Below are positions 1 through 11,883 of a stretch of 64,000 nt of DNA, in pieces (the stretch's first letter is position 1; each line of letters opens with the position of its first letter). The notes below the pieces were generated by a model, which worked only from the letters and a program-made list of their open reading frames with translations, ran no database searches and was not told the DNA's origin. Both the position numbers and the translations under genes were made by a program. Source of the DNA: Podarcis liolepis. Lineage: Eukaryota. The stretch lies in NCBI GenBank assembly GCA_965112155.1, contig OZ218100.1. One strand, given 5' to 3'.

Positions 1-2352
1 TGGTGGCCTATCATTCATATGAAGACATGCACCATGCATTATGGAGTGGTCTTCTAATGGCAACTTGCCATTCCTATCATCATTGTTATGCAATATTGGG
101 GTGACATTCGTTTCCGCTTGCAATACTCCACTCTCATTACAAGTCTCTAATTCTTTCTTAGTGCGTTCATTTAAACATTTTTGGTCAGGTTCTATACTAG
201 TGTATAAACTATCCTGAAAGTCATCTTTTACCTCATCTTTCACCTCATTTTTCTTCATTAGCATAATGCCTTCTTCAATCTGCAAAACCTGAGGCATGCA
301 TTTTTGCAGGCTGTTGTCCATGAGATGTGAAACGTTAGTGCTTGCTTGAGCTTTCTCATCTTTCTTAATAGCTGAAGAATAATTTGCATCCAAAACACTA
401 CTGAAGATGCCTGGGGAGTCGTTTTCACTCCCCTTAATGTTCTCCCCCTCTACTATGCAAATGTTATCTTCATTTACTATTGGAGGAAGGTGTCCTTGTG
501 AACAGTTTGAAACAGATGTTTTCATTTCAGCATTTTCAGCGTTTGCTTGGTCAGTTAAATTTTCATACACTTCCACTGGCATTTGTTCTGGAAGTTTCAG
601 TAAACTTCCAAGTGCATTTTCTTTTTCAAGATTTTGACCTGGATTGATTTCCTTTCCAGATCTATTTGTGACACATTCTGACTGCTCTGAAGCACGAGCC
701 ACAATATGAAAACCATTTCTCCCTGAGACTATGTCCTTCTGGTGATCTTTACAAAATGCCTCCCTCTTATTGCTGCTGGATATATTTTGAATACTTGTAT
801 CTTGTTCTGAAACATTGCTAGTGATATCACTAAACATTGCCCCTTTGGGCTGTTGCTCAATATGTTGTGCTTTTGTGTTTAAACACAATTGCCCCTCAGT
901 CTCATTTGTATTATTTTCAGAACGACTGCAACCCATTAACAGGCTGACTGTTTCATTTAAGTCACCACAATGCAACAAAAGCCTCTGTCCGGTGTTCGCA
1001 TCCATACAACTATTTATCATTAGGTAAGACATGAATAGCTTTTGAGTTTGTTCCGAGTGGCAAGGTATGGGCTCACTGGTGTCAGAAGTGTTTACATCCT
1101 TTCCATCAGCATGTTGGTTGGATGCCTGGAGTTCACAAGACGAGAGCCATCTTGCCGCTTTTTTCAAAGGCAATGGTATATCTTCCACATTAGGCATTTC
1201 ATCAGGTAGGGTAACACTATTCAAAATTGATGAAGTGTTGCTTTCTATGACTCCCTGCTGGGCTGCATCATCCAGGCTGATCACTTCACAAGTTTCTGGA
1301 ATATAGAGTGCTGCTATTTTTTGCCGCCCCTTTAGAATTTTGCAGGCCTGCTCATTAGTGATCATGCCTTGATGCAAAGATGTAGATACAGGAAATATTT
1401 CCCCACTATGTGGCCAGATGAGTCCAATGAAGCCTCGTTGTGCCTGTAGTACCAGCAAGGCACTACTAGAAGAGATCAGGTTGCACTGCACAGCTTCATC
1501 TACAGACAAACGTTTTGATGAATTTTGACACAGGATCCCACCTGTCTGAAGCTGATGAGTCAAAATAGCACAAGCAGCATCCTGGTCAATAACCCCTTCT
1601 CTCATTGCTTCTTCAACAGTCATTCTGTGTCCTGTATCAGGATGAATTATGCCGCCAGAAAGCAGCTGGGCACCTAATAGCCTGAACATGGTCTCCTTCT
1701 CTATGAGTCCTTCATGAGCTGCTCTCAAAATAGTTATCTTCCTTCCACATTTTAGTGTTATTTTGCCTCTTTCTTGAGGGGTCACAGGCAAGAGCCTCAA
1801 GCCTGTTTCTCTATGTACTACAGTTCTTTCAAGCAATTCCTCAAGGGTTATCTTCTCTGCAGTGTTGGGGTCAATAAGGTCTTTGCTCATGTCACGTCTT
1901 TCCAGGAGTTTAGTGTATAATGCTGCAGAGATCAGATTCTTCTGAAAAGCTCTGTGCAAAGTCAGCTGTTCTCCCGTGGCTGGTATCATTAGGTGTCCTC
2001 TGGAAAGCTGAATCTCAAGAATTTTAATAGCAAGAGGTTCTGAAATTAAACCCTGTTCCAAAGCAGCTACAACTGGGAGTGCTGCTGATTGCAATTCTGA
2101 AATGACCATTTTAGCATTCTGTAAACCTTGTAGTTGCAATACAGCTTGGTGATCGACAAGTTCATGGGCTTTGGCTTCTTCAAGGTCAAAACTTCTTCCC
2201 AAGGCTGGTGAAATTATATCTGATAAAATGAGCTGGCTCTGAAGTAACTGAATTCCGGTTTCATAGTCAATAAGGCCTTTATAAATTGACTGCAAGACTG
2301 AAAACATCTCTCCAGTTGTTTGATCAATAATGCCAGCTATGACTTTATCCTC
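1..2352 (-). CDS. DST: Dystonin BPAG1b-specific giant exon (plakin-repeat domain then low-complexity spacer), partial; runs off window start
   Basis: Acceptor ttttag|GAG at 2352. Frame reads [21 protein letters not shown]...[17 protein letters not shown]...[12 protein letters not shown]...[18 protein letters not shown] and is still open at the window edge; recognisably the DST-b plectin-repeat exon. Absent from the ORF track, consistent with no in-frame stop. Confidence 0.95.
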
Positions 2353-3455
2353 CTAAAAGTGAGTATAAAAATATGAATTGTCAGCATTTTATGAATGGTA
2401 AATGATTAATACTTTGAATTTTAATATATGTACAATATAAAGTCACTTACTTACCAGAGTTCCACCCAAACTGTGAATGTTAGCAGTTCAATGCAGAAGT
2501 GATGTCAGTGATTCAACAGCACACGGTGTGATAAAAGATTGAAACACAACATGCATCGGTAAACCAAAAGTCTATGCTCTGCATACATCAAGAGGGTTAG
2601 TGGAAGATAAAATAGTAGATGACCGCATAGTGAGCAAAAAAGACACGTACCTGAAAGGCAAACTGTCATGCTATCTATGTGCTTTGTGAGAAGTTAGCAT
2701 ATATGGAGAAAACAGTATGTGGTACAAAAACACACATGCTATTCATGTTTACAGCATACAGCACTTTTACATAGACACCCAAACACATAAGGATCAAGTA
2801 TTGTAGCTACTTAAATACACTGCAACTGTGTTGTATTAAAAGTCATCAATTGGGAACAACATTTAAGAAGTATGTGCAGAATAGTCTTTCTTTGCATATA
2901 CTCTCAGGCATTTTGTAATGCCTTCCAAAGGCAGTGTCAAACGTAATAGATCTTAAAGTATTATCTCACAGTTAATGTGACTATAAACTCCAAACGATGT
3001 ACCCAGTTGAAATTTAATGAACTTCGGAAATATGGCATACTTCCTGAAATACTTATCGGAGAGCATATAGAAGAGTAGAGAGGCTGTGGAACTTCCACGT
3101 GGTGTCATGTTTCTGAAGTACAGACGTTTGACAGAATTCAAAGTATGGCTTTTAAAAAGAAGGGTTAAGTGATGTTATGATTCTATGCTCTTAGTTCATG
3201 CAAGACACAAGGTATAAAAGCCTGTTCATATACAACTTTCCACTTGTCCATTTATAGACATTCAGCTATAATTCTAATTCCACAAACCGATTGAAAGCTG
3301 TCATTCATTTAGTTCTGATTTTCTTTGTGTGATACACACAATTCGGTGAGGATTTTTGTTTTTGTTTTTAGTATTCATACAAAATTCCAAAACCATGCAA
3401 GATTCAGAAAAGCATATATACTACAGCCAACACCATAACTCAAACTGTTGACTAC

Positions 3456-3591
3456 CTTTTCATCCATGTTTTCATTATCTGAATCTTGTTCCTGCTGCAA
3501 CTGCTTCAAATCTTCATTGGACAACAGTTTATAACCTTCTTGCAGGGACCTCACGTGGTTTTCCATTTCATTTTTCTCTTCATCTGTCATT
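3456..3591 (-). CDS. DST: Dystonin a/b exon (K)MTDEEKNEMENHVRSLQEGYKLL...MDEK
   Basis: caaaag|A ATG ... AAG|gtagtc; 136 nt, phase 2 to 0, fits flanking exons. Confidence 0.93.
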
Positions 3592-4068
3592 CTTTTGGGA
3601 GGGGGAACAGAAGATGTGGATGGAAGTGCTAGCAATTTCTAAACATTAGTTGTTCTCTCAAGTAATAAACATATAGGGTGGAATTCAACATCATGCTATG
3701 AAGACCTGTTCTAGCAGATCTGGAGAAAAGGTTTGCTTTGTAAGCTGATAACTTGGCAGTGGTGGCGAGTCATATGGGCAGTTATTCCCAGGGATACATT
3801 GCTAACAAGCTGTGCAATTATTAGTACCACCATTAATTAATGCAAACATTCTGCTTTAGTTGAATTAAGTGAGGTGCCATATATAATGTAGAAGGGGCAG
3901 TACCCACCCACACCCCATTGTTTCAGATTTCATATAAGAACTCCTGAAACTAGAGGACATCTGTTGCCTGCAACTGATTTTATATATAGAATGGCTGAAA
4001 CTCGTCCTCAACACAAATTCTGAAAGGGCACGACTAATTTTAAAATGCAATAATCACAATGAACCTAC

Positions 4069-4157
4069 TTATCACCATGCTTCGCTAAAAACGTCTGTGT
4101 TGTTTGCAAAGCTTCTGATATCTGTTCTTTCTTGGTTAACAGTTCGTCAGAAGATAT
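4069..4157 (-). CDS. DST: Dystonin a/b exon [29 protein letters not shown](K)
   Basis: ttccag|ATA ... AA|gtaggt; 89 nt, phase 0 to 2. Confidence 0.93.
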
Positions 4158-4824
4158 CTGGAAAAAGGAGGAAAATATGTTCACAACTGCATTCTAGAAA
4201 TAAAATAAAAAAGGGGGTTGGGGTAAGAAATGTACATAAAAGGTAAAGCAAAAAGTTGAGAAAGGAGTGAGCATTTCAGGAACATTATCAAGGGCATAAT
4301 GGGTGGTATCCAGCGATGTATGAACAGTGTTCTGCTTGTGCAAGGAGACTTCCCGTTCCTCACCTTGCATGGTCCCCCAACCCTCTGAAACAGATTTTGA
4401 GGGTGCACAGGGAGTTGCAGGGGAGAGGGGGTGGCAAGTCTATTTATTCTTTTGCATACCACCCTTCATCCATAGATCTCAGGGCAGTTCGCAGTATGAA
4501 AATACAAGATAAAAACACAAAATAGCCTATTGTATGAAGGGAAGTCTTTTGAGCACGTGTGACAGCAGCATCAGGTACAACCCAATGTATCTTTAATAAC
4601 AGCAATAGCCTATATTGCAAATCCATTTTTAGCCAACTTGTCCCTTATTAATGAGCCATAAAGACTCATTAATGGTTATGAAACACTAAGGTTGTGTTTA
4701 TAGATTACTGGGAACATGAGAACCGTAATTAATTTCAGGTATAAATACAGACAGGTATAAATACGGACACTACTAAAAATATTTGTTAAGTGACCTTCTT
4801 CAAAACTTTTGTCTAAACTGCTCT

Positions 4825-4950
4825 GGTCTTTGTTTCCGACCAGATGTTGTTGAACTGCAACTCCCATCAGCTCCAGTAGGAATGGATAATGGCCAGGGAT
4901 ACTGGAGGTTGTAGTTAGGAACATATGGGAGGACCAAATGCTTACCAAGT
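4825..4950. mobile_element. Degenerate palindromic squamate MITE (gaactacaactcccatc family)
   Basis: cagatgttgttgaactgcaactcccatc...ggaggttgtagtt hairpin; related to copies at 25506 and 53720. Confidence 0.6.
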
Positions 4951-5834
4951 TGCTTTAGACAGTTTGTAAAGAATCAACTACTAGATTAAGAACAGCCTTG
5001 ATACGTGAAGTTACTCCCTCACAGGATGTCTTGCAACCAAAGATGTCTATGCAATTTCCAAGCTATCGTTTTCAGTATTTTAATAAGTTAAATCAACTAC
5101 CTCACTTAACTTCCTTTGTGGATTTTGTGTGAATGGTATAGTTACCCAGGATACTGATCTTTTATTCTCAAGTATTTCCAAACCAGGAGTTCTCAAACAA
5201 TATTAAATGCAACTCTCCATATATCAAGGAAAAAGTTATAGCTTGCCAACTCTAACCAGAGCTGAAAATGTGGATGAGCCTTATACACACACACCATATT
5301 TTTCAACCATGAGGGTTCCCAATTCTTAAGTGTATCCCTGCTTTCTCTTATCCCATAGAACTGACAGAAGTGAAACTAATCAGATCAATTCTGGTCTAGT
5401 CTATTTCAGATTTCTTTTTTGAAAGTCCTACATGGGGTGCATAGTATATGGATACAGGGCATGGAACCATGCTTTCATATACTAAATTAAAATGCAACAG
5501 TCACCTTGTTATAATAGTTCCAAAATTGTTCTGAGTACTGGAAGAAGGAAGTCTTACTCATTGTGAGCACCACCCAATAACTGCTCACAGAAGTCACGTG
5601 AAAATGTTCTGCTGGTGCACACAATCTCTGCACCTTGGAGCTACTATATACTACGATGGATACAGATATTCAAGATACTCCCCTTACAAATGCTATTTAG
5701 CATACTAGGTAAGCCACAATTTACAGAAACTAGACAGAAAGAAAAAGATTGCCATGTGATACAGGTGGCCCATTTTAACCTAATGGTTAAGAGGGAATGC
5801 AAACCCAGTGGTTTAAAACTGCTTCTTGGTAACT

Positions 5835-5992
5835 TAAAAAATTCCTTCCAGTAGCACCTTAAAGACCAACTAAGTTAGTGTGCATGCACACGAAAGCTCA
5901 TACCAAGAACTAACTTAGTTGGTCTTTAAGGTGCTACTGGAAGGAATTTTTTTTTATTTTGACTATGGCAGACCAACACGGCTACCTATCTG
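5835..5992 (+). mobile_element. Penelope-like element terminal fragment with inverted partial copy
   Basis: Perfect 44-bp inverted repeat (5836-5879/5909-5952); 12-bp direct repeat ttcttggtaact at 5823-5834 and 5993-6004; family assignment from memory. Confidence 0.65.
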
Positions 5993-8282
5993 TTCTTGGT
6001 AACTGTACATTATGACGATGAGGCGGATTTCAGTAAGTGGCTTTTTTGTATCTATAAAAAACTGCAAGCAAGGGCTTTTCTAACGAAAATATAAAAGTGT
6101 TTCGTTGTTTGGTGCTAAGTTTCTCTGGAAATCATACAATTAAATGCACCAAAAGATATGTGTCAATTTCCCAGGCAGTTTGTACTCGTCTGCAAGCTTT
6201 TTCTTTCACAAATTGCCAGGACAGGAAGCCCAATTCAGAATGGAACCGTGGTGAGGTGGATGGGGGGGAGGGGCAGTCTTTAACCCTTTGTCTCATGCTG
6301 GGACCCTGATTTGGATCTCACCACGTGTCTACAATTTGCAGGAGGGGGGGGACATCTGTCCGTAACAATGGGAGATCTTTTCCTCCAATGCAAATTCCAC
6401 ATACTGGGGGTCCCCCAAGATCAGGAACATAGCAGGGGCAACAGGTTAAACTCCACCCACAGCCTGGGTTCCAGATCTAGATTGCCCACCGATAGTCCTG
6501 GCATTTTTTGGAAGCAGCAGCTTGCACTCAAGGACAAACTACGCTGAGTAATGTCATGTGTAGCATTTTCTCCATGTGTTTAATATGCATGTGGACACAT
6601 GCATTTCCAGTTATATTAGGCACAACACAAGTATGAAAGACTGAAGAGTTTCTTGGTATCATGCAATGGGGCCAGTAAAATATTGTATCATTTAAGTTCT
6701 TCAAATTACTTGCTGGTACAGGGCTGACTGCAGATTTAAAGGGTTTGGTTCGGACATTAACTCTTGGCGGATGTGAGATTTCAGGTTCCTACTCAGCCTC
6801 CAATACTCCAATATGCCCCCACCTCCACCCCTTATTTGAATACAGTGTGACATTTGGAAATGGGGTGGGGGGGGTAAATATAATAAACTTAAATTGTGTG
6901 ATTGATACTCCCTAATAAATTGGGGGAAGCAATGTGATTTGGGCCTATAATCATTGGGTTTTATGAAGTCCCTGGAGTTTCCAAGGTAGTAGTGGCCCTG
7001 AGAATGCCCCCTTGTGCCCATGAAGAATCTGATACACACCCTGTCTCACTGCCCCCTTCATCATGAGGTCCCCTCTTGAAACATCAATGGAGTTGAAGGA
7101 GGAAACAAGAAGAGTCATTCTCTTTCCCATTTCCTCTGTTAGTTCTACAGGCTCAATTCAGCACCTGATTAGGTGGGAAACGGGGATGGCTGAAAGTAAG
7201 AAAATGGGAGTGGCCAGTGGGAGAAAGTGGGGAGGCTACAGGAGTCAGGAAGTGAGGGAACAATCCCTTCCAAACTGTTTTTAAATTTCTCCTACCGAAC
7301 CACCATCAAATCACATGTCACATCTGTTGCCATTGACTAAACCATGAAAATCATGGATCTGGTGCCATTTGCGACTGACGCGAACAACAGAGCTTTGTGG
7401 CTGCCGACTGCAGGAGATCCCTGCAAAACCATCACTAAATCGTGTGCCACCTCTTCGTCTACTCTGATAGTTTTGCTGTGATCCTCTGTAAAAAGTGTGA
7501 AAATACATGAAGAGCAGTGCTTTGGATACAGATTTCTGTGATATTAGCAAACGCCAGATTTGTGATTTTTAATATAGTCTATTTCTGTAAGCTTTCATCT
7601 GATAGGTTTTTGTGGGCAGCATCCCATGTAAACTCATGCAAATTCAAGAGGATTGTTTCTATTCTACCAGACAAACTTTTACCTAGAACCCATGTAAAAG
7701 AACTAAGGGGGGGGGTTAGCATGTGCTGACCTGGAAGAGATTAAAAAACCAAATGGATCATACCCATAGTACACACTCTATGAATTCTGAATGGGCCTCA
7801 AAGGTTGACAACTCCTGTAACTTATAAAAAAATTATACCTCCATATTAACATCCAGAGGACTAGCCAGGAACACCTGGTGGGAAAGGAATGAAGGTATTA
7901 TCATTTCCCATCATAAGTAGGGAATATTATTGTCCAAACACTGTTTCTCCTTTTTGTCTTGAATGTAGTCTTTCAGGAAAAAACACCCATGTATCAGTTA
8001 TGTAGTCTGGTGAATTTAAATAAAAACACTAGTATGTAAATTATATTTGTTCTTAAGCACTTTAAAGTGAAGGTTGTATCCAATGCCAGCCCTACTCAGA
8101 GCAGACCCATTGATATCAATAGGCATGACTGACTTAGGTCCAGGAAGTTCAATGGGTTTTCTTTGAGTAAAATGTAAGCTGAATACAATGAAATGTTCTT
8201 GTGCCACATTTGGCACTTTAAAGACAAAACAACACTGTGTCATGCATCTGGTAGCATCTATTCTCAAGCAGTGTTTTAATAC

Positions 8283-8417
8283 CTGTTTCTTAGGAGAATC
8301 TGCTTTTTCAGACTTTTCTCCTCCGCCTTTGCCGAGGCTCTTGGTGATGTTTGAAACCCATTTCAGTAAGTCCCCAGCTTTTTCGACGTGTTCTTTCTTC
8401 TCCTCTTCCACTGACTT
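8283..8417 (-). CDS. DST: Dystonin a/b exon [28 protein letters not shown]...PKKQ (first exon after the BPAG1e branch)
   Basis: catcag|AAG ... CAG|gtatta; 135 nt, phase 0/0; joins to exon ending at 18291 when the e-specific exons are skipped. Confidence 0.92.
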
Positions 8418-8958
8418 CTGATGAACAATGTGCATTGCAAATATATATATATATTTAAAATTGTAGGTATATTAAGGTTACAGCCAACCCAAAAAACAGT
8501 TACACCGTCAAAAATTTTATTGTGGAAGATGCCAGATAATGAGCTTTATTTTTACTTTCTTTCTTTTTTATCCCCATTACCGCAGTCATTCTTATGCATG
8601 CTTTTTTTATATAAAAAAGGTAAACAATAATAAAAAAGTAATTGAAGTAATTAATTCAAAACATCTGAAAAAACTAAGATAGCCATTATGATACATATAA
8701 ACACATTCATATACATAGATGATGGAACTCACATTACAGAAACCTCCCAGCCACCACTGCACAAGTCAAATCTAAGCAAGGGTTTGCCAGGAAAAACACT
8801 CTAAATCTCAGCCTTTGCATTAGATGTACACCCAGTTCTAGATTATCATGTTGTTGAAGATGACAATGAAATTCAATAACATACTTCAATCCTGTGCAAT
8901 TAACATAGCATCTTACATGTTTCTCCTGAGAAGGAAAATTACTAATTTTGTAGCCAAC

Positions 8959-8964
8959 TTTATT
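8959..8964 (-). terminator. Candidate AATAAA polyadenylation signal for BPAG1e
   Basis: AATAAA on the minus strand about 1.1 kb after the BPAG1e stop, followed by a U/C-rich stretch and upstream of the next a/b exon; alternative AATAAA pair at 9584-9593. Confidence 0.4.
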
Positions 8965-9444
8965 GCCAATTTCAGGTTTAAGTTTAATATGGTTTTTTTT
9001 AATGTAAAGAATAATGTAGTAGAAGGAAAACCAGAAAAATAATAATCATGTAACAGAAGTCTATCATTTTCTCTGAAATTTCCAGTGTCACTGAGAATCT
9101 TATCTCCATGTAACTTGGGCTGCAATGCTATCCCCACTTAAGGACTCCAACCCATTAAATTCAGCAGGACTTTCTTCAGAGTAGACATGGGGAGCACTGT
9201 GCTGTTACAAAGGCGTAACCGCCACCTAACACAGAGAGGCTTGCTTCCATGTAAACATGCCGTTAGAAGAATATCCAGTCTTTATGACAGAACCCACACC
9301 ACAGTAAACTTTGCACCGGCAAGCAAGCATCCTGTCAAATCTATTTATGATATTGCATATCATTCTACACAAATATTCAAGTGCCACTGACTTCAATGGG
9401 AGGGTTTACATACTTAGCTCCCTGTTTAACTTTGGCGGAATCAA

Positions 9445-9580
9445 TGGAGATAGCGCAGTCAGTGGAGCATGAGACTCTTAACCTCAGGGTCATGGGTCTG
9501 AGCCCCGCGTTGGGCAAAATATTCCTGCATTGCAGGGGGTTCGACTAGATGACACTTGTGGTCCCTTCCAACTCTAGATT
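9445..9580 (+). mobile_element. SINE with tRNA-Lys(CTT)-derived head and CR1-like 3' tail
   Basis: tagcgcagtcagtggagcatgagactcttaacctcagggtcatggg...ttgggc matches tRNA-Lys layout; tail gactagatgac...ggtcccttccaactct is CR1-type. Confidence 0.85.
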
Positions 9581-10092
9581 TTTTTTATTTATTTTTTTTG
9601 CAGGATAGTATTGCATCATACACTGATATAAATGCAAGAGGGCATATTGTTTCACTTCTGAAAATTTCCCAAGAGCAGCTGGAATGGCAAAAACAACAAC
9701 TCTGCAACACATTGCTACCACAATGATCCCAGTTAGCAAGCTGCTAATGCCATTTATACAACATAGAGGAACAATTCAGGGATAGTTTTAAGTACATTCA
9801 GGTCCTAATGATTTCAAGGAGAACTAAAGCATTAGCTTAAATTTCCACCAAAATCAATGGGGCATAGAAGTGCTTAACTCTTATCAAATTGTGCATCATA
9901 ATTACAAGCATGGAGCAACGTTAAATCTACTGTATGCTGAAAACTATACATAAGCAAACTCAAAATGCTTTGTTCTGCTTAGAAATCAGCCAGGAACCCT
10001 ATTTTACAACCCAATTAAATCATAGGGAATCATTTCCATGAGCCAGATGGTTTAAATTACTGCAGGCCAATTTAATAACTTCCATTGTTAAA

Positions 10093-11883
10093 TTATGACT
10101 GTGAGGAAAAATACAGACTAGAAATTCCTGAGGAAATGAGCTCAGCTGCTTCTAGCAATCGTAGCCCTGTGTGGCAGTCAAAAACTGCATTATCAAGGGC
10201 TTCTTTATACGTCAATTTCTTCTTTGTCTTGGGACACGTAATACCTTTTAAGTAGAATTTGTCATTTTTCATCTTTGTAGCAGTGACGGCATCAATAATG
10301 CCCCTTTTAATAGCTTCTTCCATCGATAATCTGCAATGAGACTTGGGATCTATCAATCCACCAGTCAGATGTTGATACTCTAGGCAGCGAGTGCCCATTT
10401 CTTTCTCTAGGACATTTGTGTTCATTGCTTCAACGGCTGACAGAACACTCTTTGTTACAGGGTGAATAATCCCAGTAAAGACCAGTTCACACTGCTGGAC
10501 GTGCTTAGCAGACGCCTCATCAATCAGCTCCCTTTGCAAGGCCTCTGCCACACTATATCTCTTCCCAGTAAAGGGATCAATTATACCTCCCGTACTTGCT
10601 TGTGCTTCAAGGCACCTCAGCGCTGTGGTTCTCTCCACTAGGTTTTTGCGAGCAGCTTTCAGAAGAGGCATTCTCTCATTTGTCTCGGGCAGCCAGACAC
10701 CAGCAATGGGGCTGTTGACATCTGTGCGTGGTTTAGAATTGCTCAACAAAACATCCGCAAGCTCGCTGGCTGTGATTTGCCCTTCCTTGTATTGACTGAC
10801 CAGCATTCTATCAACTTTGCCATCAGTTAATGCCTCGTCAATGTTGAACTGCATTCCAGTTTTTAGGTCTGTCAGCACAAGGTAAGAATTTCCATGGTGA
10901 TCAAAGCATGTGGATTCTTTCCACTGAAATTCTTGCCCTGACAGCTGGAGGTAGGTACTTTTGTCTATCAGGGACTTTTTATAAGCCTCATAGGAGGTCA
11001 TTTCTGCTCCAGTTGTAATATCTACCACAGATATTTTATGAATTTTTTCAGCAGATGGGGTGGTTATTTTTCTCTCCCCAACAGGGAGCAGGAAGCATTT
11101 GCTTCCGATATCAAGTAAACACAGCTTCAGCAAATCATTATAATACATGGCTTGCCTATTATTTGGATTCTGGAAGACTTTTTTATTACTGGAATGTTCA
11201 TATATAAATTTCAGGACGGTGTTGTTCAGCAAGCCCAGCTGGACCGCAACTTCAGGACGCACACGGACACTTCTCACAGGGTCAATAATACCTCCACTTG
11301 CTATCTGAGCTTCAATAAAACTTTTGCCTTTCTGCCTTTCAAGGATTCTGGTTTCAATTGCTTGATAAACAGACAGCTTTTTCCCAGAAAATAGATATCC
11401 TAAAACTGCCTTTTCTGCCTCAAGAAGCCTGCTTTTGTATTCATGATCTACAAGTCCCTTGGCAACTGAATCATCAACAGAGTATTTCTGACCTGCTGTG
11501 GGGTCAATGATAAAACCAGTGGCAGCCTGGGCTTCAAGCAGTGCTAACACAGATGCTTTTTCAATTATTCTCTGCTTAGCTGCAGAAGCAAATGAGACCT
11601 TCCCTTTACTAGATTCAATATACAACCCAGCTATTGCAGTAGGCTTAGTCAAAAAATTCTCAAGATTTTTTTGAACCTCAGCAATGGCCTTCTTTCCTGA
11701 ATGAAGCTGTTCAGCTGTGCTCAGGTCTAGAAGTTTAACTTCAATCAACTGCTTGGCAGTTACATCATGCCGGAGACCTTGAAATTTGATATTATCATAT
11801 TCAGAGGGGATCAGAGCAACCTCCTTGGCTTGCTTTTCCTCTAAGATGGCACTGATCTTTGATAAATCTTCATTTTGGAGATT
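10093..11883 (-). CDS. DST: BPAG1e (BP230) terminal exon: two plakin-repeat domains (B and C types), intermediate-filament binding
   Basis: ttacag|AAT at 11883; KFQGLRH, LLEAQAATGFIIDP, CLEAQASTGGIIDP, GISSLYFSSQS-stop; 597 codons including TAA. Confidence 0.96.
   Translation of the reverse strand, partial: NLQNEDLSKISAILEEKQAKEVALIPSEYDNIKFQGLRHDVTAKQLIEVKLLDLSTAEQLHSGKKAIAEVQKNLENFLTKPTAIAGLYIESSKGKVSFASAAKQRIIEKASVLALLEAQAATGFIIDPTAGQKYSVDDSVAKGLVDHEYKSRLLEAEKAVLGYLFSGKKLSVYQAIETRILERQKGKSFIEAQIASGGIIDPVRSVRVRPEVAVQLGLLNNTVLKFIYEHSSNKKVFQNPNNRQAMYYNDLLKLCLLDIGSKCFLLPVGERKITTPSAEKIHKISVVDITTGAEMTSYEAYKKSLIDKSTYLQLSGQEFQWKESTCFDHHGNSYLVLTDLKTGMQFNIDEALTDGKVDRMLVSQYKEGQITASELADVLLSNSKPRTDVNSPIAGVWLPETNERMPLLKAARKNLVERTTALRCLEAQASTGGIIDPFTGKRYSVAEALQRELIDEASAKHVQQCELVFTGIIHPVTKSVLSAVEAMNTNVLEKEMGTRCLEYQHLTGGLIDPKSHCRLSMEEAIKRGIIDAVTATKMKNDKFYLKGITCPKTKKKLTYKEALDNAVFDCHTGLRLLEAAELISSGISSLYFSSQS

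Noticed and set aside
9445-9516. tRNA-Lys gene (and tRNA-Asn at 47840-47905)
   Set aside because: Acceptor stem and T-loop are mutated and each is fused to a CR1-like tail, so they are SINE heads, not tRNA genes.
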